In this document: one piece after another, positions 55,426 to 64,000 of the stretch
Numbering within the stretch: position 1 is the stretch's first letter
How the letters are laid out: every line of letters begins with the position of its first letter
Origin: Lepidodermella squamata
Lineage: Eukaryota > Animalia > Gastrotricha
Direction: 5' to 3'
DNA: 64,000 bases
Assembly: GCA_047495785.1 (NCBI GenBank)
Contig: JBLDXI010000013.1
Span: forward strand, 4,588,001-4,652,000
Translations under genes and position numbers: made by a program
Notes under the pieces: generated by a model
Told to the model about the DNA's origin: nothing
Database searches by the model: none
Seen by the model: the letters and a program-made list of their open reading frames with translations, nothing else

Positions 55426-56021
55426 TATGACGTCATTTGCGCCAACGACATTTGCGCCACGTCATTTGCGCGACGACTTTTGCGCTAACGACAACTGCGC
55501 TAAAAACTGCGCTAAAAATAAAAACGACATTTGCGCCAACGACAACTGGCAAAGGAGGCGGTTGCCTAGGGGCCCGATGAAAATACTGGCACCTCAGATA
55601 AAAGCCTAAGGGGGAGGGGGACCCTTAACATCAAACGGCCGATGGGGGCCGGTCAAAATTTGACGGTGGTCATTATCTGGAGAAATGAACCGGCACTGAC
55701 TACCAAATTACCCGAAATAAACGGTTTTTTGAATTTTCGAAACCGCTGTCTCTTTCATGACTGAATTGCAAACTATTTTTTATGGCAGTAATAAATAAAT
55801 TAATTAATTTTGAAATTAGTATGGAATAAGTAATAAATTTAGCGCAGTTGTCGTTGGCGCAAATGTCGTTTATAAATTTAGCGCAGTTTTTAGCGCAATT
55901 GACGTTAGCGCAAATGTCGGATTTTCATTTGGCGCAGTTTTTAGCGCATTTGTCGTTAGCGCAAAAGTCGTGCGCAAATGTCGTTTAGCGCTGCTCAGTT
56001 GGCGCAAATGTCGGTGAACCG
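55426..56021. mobile_element. Non-autonomous foldback/MITE-like element with arrays of inverted subterminal repeats
   Basis: The left arm has multiple ACGACATTTGCGCC/AACTGCGCTAA motifs and the right arm has their reverse complements. Possible 9-bp TSD TATTTTCCC (55417) / TATTTTCAC (56022). Confidence 0.75.
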
Positions 56022-57139
56022 TATTTTCACAAGTCTGAAACTTCGAATCTATTTTCGGGCAATGGTTCTGAATTTAAGTTTACATACAGAAAATAGGATG
56101 GGTCAGCCAATTTTCGATGTCTAGCGCAGGAATCTGGTTCGCAATAGGCCGGAGGCTGTTGCGAGATCCACCCAGTTAAAATCGACGATCCAATAATGCG
56201 CACATACGACGGCTCGGCGGCTTTTTTCGCCTTCTCGTCGCGATTCGCGTTCAAACCCGGCTAATTTTGATGGCACGGCTCTTGCATGTAACGAAACATC
56301 GGGCGAAGAGACGTAAAACAATGATAAACACCACCACCATACAGGCGAGTTGGAACACAAGCGACTCCCAATAAACGAGTTTGAGGTATCGAATTGGTGA
56401 GAAAAATTACTTTCAACAGGTGAAAGACGGCCTTTGGACAACGAATTCTGTCGAAAATTTAATCGATTTGTAGCATTTTTTATATTATAAGGTGGCTCAC
56501 TGTTAATACTTATCTGCAGTGATTCACATTCCTTTGGTCCGGGAAATAAGGGTACCATTCAGCGTTTCGCCGGTTACTCGAGCGAATTTCGCCCTTGTTA
56601 ACGCGCCCAGCTCGAAGGCTAAAATTTTATCCCATCGTTTTCGTTTTCGCTTCTCATAATTTTGTCAGTAATGGCCTGAAGAAGTAACCGCGCACACATC
56701 TCGCCTCATATACGTACAAAAATTATCGAAAAATTAACAACATAGACAAATAATAAGAGACTGGACACTCACGCTTATTTAATCCTGCCGAAATAAAAAA
56801 TTGCTTATTTTATCCGCATTCTAACTTTGTGTTGTAATTGCGCCTCGAGTTTTCACGATGCAGAGATAAGGTTTCACAATCTAGTGCAACTTTTTATACG
56901 CTCTATTCAATCATGTATATTTTAAAGCGGTATCGTAAAAATTTCCCCAACATTCACAGCTTTAAAAACTTCGAGAGCCTGCCTTGCAATTTGCCCTATC
57001 TCAGATTCCAGAATGGTACCAATGGGATCAATGCAGAATTTTATGAGCTTTCTTCTAAAAATCACTGATTTTATCACTGAGACTCTCGGTAGGTGACCTT
57101 CGCCCATTATATCGAATTTAAGATGGACCGATTTAGCGG

Positions 57140-57656
57140 ATTATTCCTGGAACACAGCCATGTACTAATGAATAGCCGCTGGGCTGAATGAAACATCGAC
57201 GTAGACGCTGCCTTTCGGTGGGATCTGAGCCCGGGCGGGGGAGACGTCGAAAACATCGACGATTTTCGCGGCGGCGGCTGCGGCGGCCTGGCTGTGCTTC
57301 GACGACGTAGTTTGCGTCATTGAGACGGGCCGAACTGCGATGGCGATGTCTGACGGCACTCGGCTGTTGTTTGATAGCTTGAAGCGAGCTGTCGCGCGTT
57401 TCGAGACGAGAACAGGTGGGAATACGAAGCGTTTCTCGCTCTCGCCGAACACGCCGCCGACGAACTCGGCGAGGCCCATGTGTGGCCGCAGTAGGCTCTG
57501 CCAGCCCATGATGCTTTTGATGATGGTGTGCTCTTCGAAGACAATAGGTAGTCGGAATTGTTGATGGTTGGCGCACATCCTTCGGCAACGAGGCGGTACG
57601 GAATACCGCCGGGGTTGTTGCCAGGGTCCGCGATCGGTTATCTCGATCAGCATGGT
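57140..57656 (-). pseudogene. HYDIN: Isolated HYDIN exon fragment with two compensating frameshifts and a nonsense codon
   Basis: IEITDR-DPGNNPGGIPYRLVAEGCAPTINNSD-IVFEEH...GGVFGESEKRFVF..VLV..RATARFKLSN...KIVDVFDVSP....VDVSFSP resembles an internal Hydin ASH-repeat region recalled from vertebrate Hydin. Acceptor ttacttcag| at 57657, TAG at 57167-57165, and no other Hydin exons recognised nearby. Confidence 0.75.
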
Positions 57657-58241
57657 CTGAAGTAAGAACAAAATCAACGTTCAAAGTTTACAATTAAAAT
57701 ATCATTTATTTCAATTTTCAATTATAAATTTTTGCATGTTGGAAACTTGATAGCCATTAGAGTTGATTGTCATATTATTATTCCTGCCCTAGAGATCAGA
57801 TTAATTAATTATTCCTGCAAAAAGAAGAAAATTCTTACGGCGCGGATGTATGTTATTTAACTATTGAGTAAATATTAAAAGGAGCTATGTTAACAGGAGC
57901 GAAATTATCGCCATTCTGAGCTCGAAACACGTGCTTTTATCTAGTTAAGAAGACAATTTTTACAGAAGATCATTATTCATTAATTGAATGTTTAGTAAAT
58001 ATTGAAAGGAGCCGTATGATAGGGGACGAGAAAGCTATCCCAGTTGAAAGTTCGAGAAAGTTTTATAAACATAATATTTTCGTCAGATATTTTACCAAGT
58101 TAGAGCGCTAAAAATGTAAATAGCTAACTGACATTATGCCTTCAATTCGCCGCTTGATGATTTCACACGTGAGCGAAATGTGAATTTCACGTGAAAGATA
58201 AGGAATGTTTATACAGATGCACAAGTTGAATCAATCAGGCT

Positions 58242-58248
58242 TATAAAA
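58242..58248 (+). promoter_or_regulatory. Candidate TATA box of peptide-precursor gene A, inside a promoter block shared with gene B
   Basis: ATACAGATGCA..GTTGA....GCTTATAAAA about 88 nt upstream of the ATG. A homologous ATACAGATGCA..GTTGA....GCTTATATAA precedes gene B (TATA near 62286). Confidence 0.55.
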
Positions 58249-58329
58249 TATAAAATAGGGAGGTATCGAATGCATCTTTCATTATTTCAATTTAGTATTT
58301 CTATTACTCTTAAATCGACTTCTAGCAGA

Positions 58330-58601
58330 ATGAACAAGCATTTGGTTGCAATGCTGTTTGTAGTAAGTTTAATTCGGTGATAGGCTCAAGATCTGATAAA
58401 AGAACTATGTAATTTTCTCAGGCGGCAGTAGCTGTGTGGTCAACGAGTGCTAATCCAACTGGCTCAGCTCGTCTTTCCATCGAGGAACCTTCAGCCCGTT
58501 TCTCCATGGGGGAACCCGCAGCTCGTCTCTCCATCGAGGAACCTTCAGCTCGTCTCTCGATTGAGGAGCCATCTGCCCGTTTCTCGATGGGGGAACCTTG
58601 A
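58330..58601 (+). CDS. Secreted repeat-peptide precursor A, 70 aa (exons 58330-58362, 58422-58601): MNKHLVAMLFVAAVAVWSTSANPTG-SARLSIEEP-SARFSMGEP-AARLSIEEP-SARLSIEEP-SARFSMGEP
   Basis: ATG, 59-nt GT-AG intron, signal peptide, and five 27-bp repeats whose within-type differences are mostly synonymous in this frame. AATAAA at about 58804. Confidence 0.85.
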
Positions 58602-59402
58602 GGACCGCCTGAAGACCGCCAATAGAGGACGAGCTTTAAAAAAGCGTGAGGGCAATGGTTGCGTGAAATAATGAGTCCAACATATATATGTCAATTTTCG
58701 CTTCGAAGAAACCAATGTGGGGTTTTAGCGTCAGCCATTTGCTAAAATCGTGGATTGTATAATGTTTGATGATGTTGGTTCCGATCCGAGTGAATTGTAT
58801 TTTAATAAAGTTTGTGGTGGGTATCTTGCAAAGTGAACTTCAAGTTTCCCTCGTTCAAATTTTCAGCGAAATTGTCAAAGATCGTAGAAAAGTGTGCAAA
58901 TTATTCAATCGACAAATGTCACTCCGAGATATTTTATAGTCTCCGTAGGATGCAGAACAGGAATTGATTGACGTCGTCTATTATTAAGAGATCCGTCGAA
59001 AATTCGCCATTTTCAACAACAATGGCTTTGCGTTTGCGAACATTAACGTCAAGACATATTTCAGAAAACAGATTGATTGCCATTCTGACAAGACTGCACG
59101 AGATTCGCGGCTATTAGCAATCAGAGTAATAAAGTATGCGTAATATTTTTTTGCATCGCATATTTTCAATAACTTCATAAAACCATGAGGAAATTTGTGA
59201 AGCGGTTTTCACCAGTCAATAGATCTAGTCTGCCGTAAACTTTCCTCAAATTTTTGTTAGAATGGGTTGCGAGGGAAAAATTTGATGACGAAAATGCTGT
59301 CCGCGATTTTTATTGCATGACACCGCGATTGAAGCAGATCGATTTGGTCGTGTAGATCATGGTCGTAGTTGTAGTCGTTGTCCGTCTATAGTTGTGGTGG
59401 TA

Positions 59403-61561
59403 CCCAGACGGAAATTCGCGAGACCAAATGGACGTTTTGGCCAGACCCACGGCCAAATTATTTTGACGAAGCATTTTGTCACTGATTAGGTGGAAATTTG
59501 GCGTCATGTTTTGACCAACTCCTTTTGACGAGTTTTGGCCATTGTTTCATCTAATATTTTCGCCTATAATTTATTTTCCACCTGTTGGACCTAAAGTTCT
59601 GCGAAATATTTGACTGAAACCGATATGTGATTTTTAGCCGAGGGATTCTGGCCGAAGTCAGTTTGGTCTAAAATAATTTGTCATTCAATCAACCAAGTTC
59701 CGATCCGCAATAGACTGAAGGTTTTGGCATAAATCGCTTGAATAATCACAACTAAGAATTACGCAGCTTCCTGTCTGATGAAATACAACCTGGCTTGAAT
59801 CAATCAAGGCCATAAGCAAGAGATAATTATCTTCCGTTTTTCAAGTCTTTATTATCCATTTGAAAGCTTCAGAACCTGTCTCTGTGACCTCGCCGGAATT
59901 ATTTGTTATACTCTTTGTTATTTTCTTAATAGGCATCATTCAGGTTTTTTCCGGTTCAGTTTCGGTACAAGATATTTGCGCATTGGACGACACGATAGTG
60001 ATTTTTCGAATGGAGAAATTGCATTTATTTCAGCAAGATTAACGTTGTTTCCGACCTATTTTTAAGCTGAAGAATCGCAAATCCACATTTTACGGTGGAT
60101 CTTTGATAAGGTAACCATTAACCATAAAAAACGACTGGTTGGATCTGGAGTTCTGGCATTCAACAAGCTTCACTCTTACTATTTTTAGCCGTATCAAAAT
60201 TAATTCCCGGGCTTTAATAGTTTGCGGTTTAATAATGCAATTTAACCTAAATGCTGGCTATCCTAAGAAAATCCGGATATTGATTCAAAATGATCGGGAT
60301 ATGAATTCGAAAATTATAATTTATAACCCTGATGAAGGAATCTAAGGAATAGTGATGCGGTATTTCCTAGTTTTACCTAGTAAAAGTGCCCAGAAATCTA
60401 ATCAGCAGAGCGAGGTCAAGTGCAGATCTTAAAAAAACACAGTAAAAATCAAAATAAAATAAATGAGGATGAAAAAATACGTAATGAGACACGCCCTCGT
60501 TCCACACCATTGTTATGCAACTATGAAAGCTGTGTTGCGCCACAGCTAATCTCAGCTTGTTGCATTTTACTGGTTTAGTTTTCATTTGAACTTTTTTCAA
60601 TCTCAAGAGCAAGTTATTATTTCTTTCCCTTAAACTGAAAATGAATTACAACTTGAATCATTTGTACTTTATATGAAGCGACACCGGTGGCCGGCAACCC
60701 GCCGTCAATGCGATATGGCCGGCAACCCGCCGTCAATGCGATATGGCCGGCGCTCCATTTCGACAGCGAAAATGAGGTCTTTTGTAATTTAGATTTTAAC
60801 GCCTATTAAAAGTCTCAAAACGTCAAAATATAATATGTTTTGTTCTAAATGTTTACAGGTCGAATTGACTACACCGTGATAACAGCGAGTTCAACGCCTG
60901 GCTATGGTGGCAAATTTCAAACGCCAATGAAAGGGTATTTAAATTATTAAATTGATTCAATTTAATGATTTATATTTCAATCAGAGTTCTCTAATATTTC
61001 ATATAGATCGATTGCTTGATGATGGCAACGATACTGCTACGAGTCTATTGCTGCCAAAGCGGGCTGGCTCTCTCGGCTTCAACTCGGCTATTCAACTTCT
61101 GATCGGCTCCGGGTCGGCAGCTCGAATAATTTAAAACAGATTTTTCGAGATTTTATATTCGATTTTACACGCATTTTTGTGATCATACCTAACTTGTATA
61201 ACTTGAAAATTGAATAAAACTTGGAAATAATCGTGAGTACTTGATGATTTCTGACTTAAACGACTCATAGTAAAAGGGCGACTTGAGTACAACACAGCAT
61301 TGCAGTCTAACACGGTCGAACACGGTGAGGGACTAATAAACAACATATTTTGGTCAATTTTTAACCCAGGTCGCAGTTTTGCTGAAATTCTCATCAATAT
61401 TTTGTCGAACATTTGGTCATTTCGACGACACGTTTAGCTGAAAAATTTGGCCGAGAGAATTTATGGCCAAAGTTGGGTCGACACGTTTCGTCTATTTGGG
61501 GGTATCAAATAAGATGACCAAATGAAACGGCCGAGATTTTGGTCTTATATTTCCGTCTGGG
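59403..61561. mobile_element. 2159-bp non-autonomous TIR DNA transposon (CCC...GGG termini, TA TSD; CMC/EnSpm-like)
   Basis: Left end TA-CCCAGACGGAAATTCGCGAGACCAAAT and right end TTTTGGTCTTATATTTCCGTCTGGG-TA. Repeated GACCAAAT/TTGGCC subterminal motifs at both ends. No transposase ORF. Confidence 0.75.
60689..60748. repeat. Exact 28-bp tandem duplication GGCCGGCAACCCGCCGTCAATGCGATAT
   Basis: Two adjacent copies plus a partial third. Confidence 0.85.
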
Positions 61562-62361
61562 TAGTAGTCGTGGTAGTAGTTGCCGTAGTAGTCGTCCAAG
61601 CTGAACAGGTTGTACTGATGCTAGTAGCATGAGTGGTTGTACATAGATGATTTCTGTAGTCGAAGTCGCCACCAATGGTCGCGATGTCGTGGTCGTAGTG
61701 GTCGACGTAGTGGTTTCAGCGAGGCGATAAGGAATATCTGGTTTATAATTGAGTTCCATGCTGCATTGGTCGAATTCAATCTAGTTCTATGGGTATTCTA
61801 AGCTAGTCGGAAGGTGATTTGTCTTAAGCTGCCCCCCCCCCTCTCGAGCTCGGACAGCTCCGGCCTAACTTGATTGTTATTTCTGTGTTGCGGAGGTGCC
61901 TGAAAAATTGAACAAAAGCTACCCGTCTGCCATAAAAACGCAACTTAGCGTGATGGCTCCAATTTCGGATGTCCGAAATTAGGCAACCCGCCTTGTCTGA
62001 ATTTGAGCACTGTCCGAAATTAGAGCGGAGAATTTAAGAATTTTGTAGTTTTTGTCAAAACGAAATTTTTTTATTGCAGATGATTAATTACTTGAGTAAA
62101 CATGGAAAGGGGCCGTATGATTAGTAATGTGAGAGCTATCGCGTTTTAAATTTCGAGAAATTTTTTTGCGCATAAAACTCACGTACAACCGTGAACTTCC
62201 CAACTATTTGAGCGATTGCAAAATGTAAATAGCTATAACTTAACTTTCCATGATTATACAGATGCAAATGTTGATCAGCCAAGCTTATATAAGATGGAGA
62301 AACCGAAGAAATTTTCTTTATTTCAAAAGCTTTCCCTATCATCCAATTCATATCAACTAGA

Positions 62362-63716
62362 ATGAACAAGTTTTTGGTTGCAATTCTGCTATTAGTAAGT
62401 TTCGTTAGCTGATAGGATTCAGTTGTAATGCAAAAATGACTTGATCCTCTTAGGCAACCGTATCAGTATGGACCTCGAGCGGCAACCCAACTGAGAGCCA
62501 GGACGAGGCGAGCCGCCATAATGCATTTTACCGTACTAATCCAGGATCCGGTCGTGCTGAGGATGGCCATGGTTCTGGGAGCCCTGACGAGGCGAGCCGC
62601 CATAATGCATTTTACCGTACTAATCCAGGATCCGGTCGTGCTGAGGATGGCCATGGTTCTGGGAGCCCTGACGAGGCGAGCCGCCATAATGCATTTTACC
62701 GTACTAATCCAGGATCCGGTCGTGCTGAGGATGGCCATGGGTCTGGGAGCCCTGACGAGGCGAGCCGCCATAATGCATTTTACCGTACTAATCCAGGATC
62801 CGGTCGTGCTGAGGATGGCCATGGGTCTGGGAGCCCTGACGAGGCGAGCCGCCATAATGCATTTTACCGTACTAATCCAGGATCCGGTCGTGCTGAGGAT
62901 GGCCATGGGTCTGGGAGCCCTGACGAGACGAGCCGCCATAATGCATTTTACCGTACTAATCCAGGATCCGGTCGTGCTGAGGATGGCCATGGGTCTGGGA
63001 GCCCTGACGAGGCGAGCCGCCATAATGCATTTTACCGTACTAATCCAGGATCCGGTCGTGCTGAGGATGGCCATGGGTCTGGGAGCCCTGACGAGGCGAG
63101 CCGCCATAATGCATTTTACCGTACTAATCCAGGATCCGGTCGTGCTGAGGATGGCCATGGGTCTGGGAGCCCTGACGAGACGAGCCGCCATAATGCATTT
63201 TACCGTACTAATCCAGGATCCGGTCGTGCTGAGGATGGCCATGGGTCTGGGAGCCCTGACGAGGCGAGCCGCCATAATGCATTTTACCGTACTAATCCAG
63301 GATCCGGTCGTGCTGAGGATGGCCATGGGTCTGGGAGCCCTGACGAGGCGAGCCGCCATAATGCATTTTACCGTACTAATCCAGGATCCGGTCGTGCTGA
63401 GGATGGCCATGGGTCTGGGAGCCCTGACGAGACGAGCCGCCATAATGCATTTTACCGTACTAATCCAGGATCCGGTCGTGCTGAGGATGGCCATGGGTCT
63501 GGGAGCCCTGACGAGGCGAGCCGCCATAATGCATTTTACCGTACTAATCCAGGATCCGGTCGTGCTGAGGATGGCCATGGGTCTGGGAGCCCTGACGAGG
63601 CGAGCCGCCATAATGCATTTTACCGTACTAATCCAGGATCCGGTCGTGCTGAGGATGGCCATGGGTCTGGGAGCCCTGACGAGGCGAGCCGCCATAATGC
63701 ATTTTACCGTCCTTAA
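62362..63716 (+). CDS. Secreted repeat-peptide precursor B, 431 aa (exons 62362-62394, 62454-63716): MNKFLVAILLLATVSVWTSSGNPTESQ-(DEASRHNAFYRTNPGSGRAEDGHGSGSP)x14-DEASRHNAFYRP
   Basis: Same signal-peptide exon, 59-nt intron and W-[ST]-[ST]-S-[AG]-N-P-T motif as gene A. Exon 2 is open for 420 codons to TAA at 63714-63716. Confidence 0.87.
62502..63710 (+). repeat. 84-bp coding tandem array, 14 full units plus a partial 15th
   Basis: Near-identical units. GGT/GGG synonymous variant in units 1-2, and GCG>ACG (A>T) in units 6, 9 and 12. Confidence 0.97.
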
Positions 63717-64000
63717 ATCGCAATAGGCGAATGACAAGATTGAGGATTTGCGCGATAAATAACCAGGGCCACGATATAATTATGCTACTGAAATTTCGCT
63801 TTAAAAATACCACTGTGGAAGCATGATGTCAGTTCTTGCTTATATTGTAATTTGCTTGCTACATTTATTTTACGTTTGCAGGCGCGGGTAAATTTAAAAT
63901 TTGTCTTCAATTTATAACTATTTAGCGAGTGACTCGAATATAAAATATCAACAAACAATTTGCGGTGAGTAGTGTGCATCTTCAGAAAATATATCTTCAC

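Noticed and set aside
58447-58671. 74-aa ORF MLIQLAQLVFPSRNLQ...
   Set aside because: Shadow frame of precursor A. Repeat variation is synonymous only in the SARLSIEEP frame.
62502-63710. Possible CRISPR array
   Set aside because: Units are head-to-tail identical with no unique spacers, there are no cas genes, and the context is eukaryotic.
62463-63737. ORF-track proteins of 424 aa (minus) and 401 aa (plus) in the 84-bp array
   Set aside because: These are shadow frames of a stop-free repeat. The frame continuous with the signal-peptide exon and homologous to gene A is a different plus frame with no ATG in exon 2.

Overview
Gene-dense eukaryotic (animal, most likely invertebrate) genomic DNA. 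It is AT-rich in introns, has many short GT-AG introns (about 50-60 nt) and shows no obvious CpG depletion. Exon structures below were assembled by hand, and homology calls come from recognised motifs, not database searches. Left to right: an intronless, disrupted PDIA4/ERp72-like retrocopy; COG7 (pogo-type transposase relic in intron 3); an MSP-domain gene whose 4.3-kb intron holds an antisense mosaic of degenerate exon fragments from one unrecognised coiled-coil gene family; a mucin-stalk Ly6/uPAR GPI protein; an APCDD1-like gene with a tRNA-derived SINE inside its last coding exon; a partial duplicate of a C1q gene; an intact 7-exon coiled-coil plus Crinkler-like PD-(D/E)xK gene; the complete collagen-C1q gene; an FHOD formin with a probable long alternative N-terminus; a divergent Cys-loop channel subunit; a foldback-type MITE; and an orphan HYDIN pseudo-exon. 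The most striking feature is a pair of paralogous two-exon genes that the ORF track reads in the wrong frame. They encode secreted multi-copy peptide precursors sharing promoter blocks, signal peptide and a 59-nt intron, but with unrelated repeated cores (SAR-LSIEEP/FSMGEP x5 versus DEASR-HNAFYR x15). A 2.16-kb TIR element lies between them.
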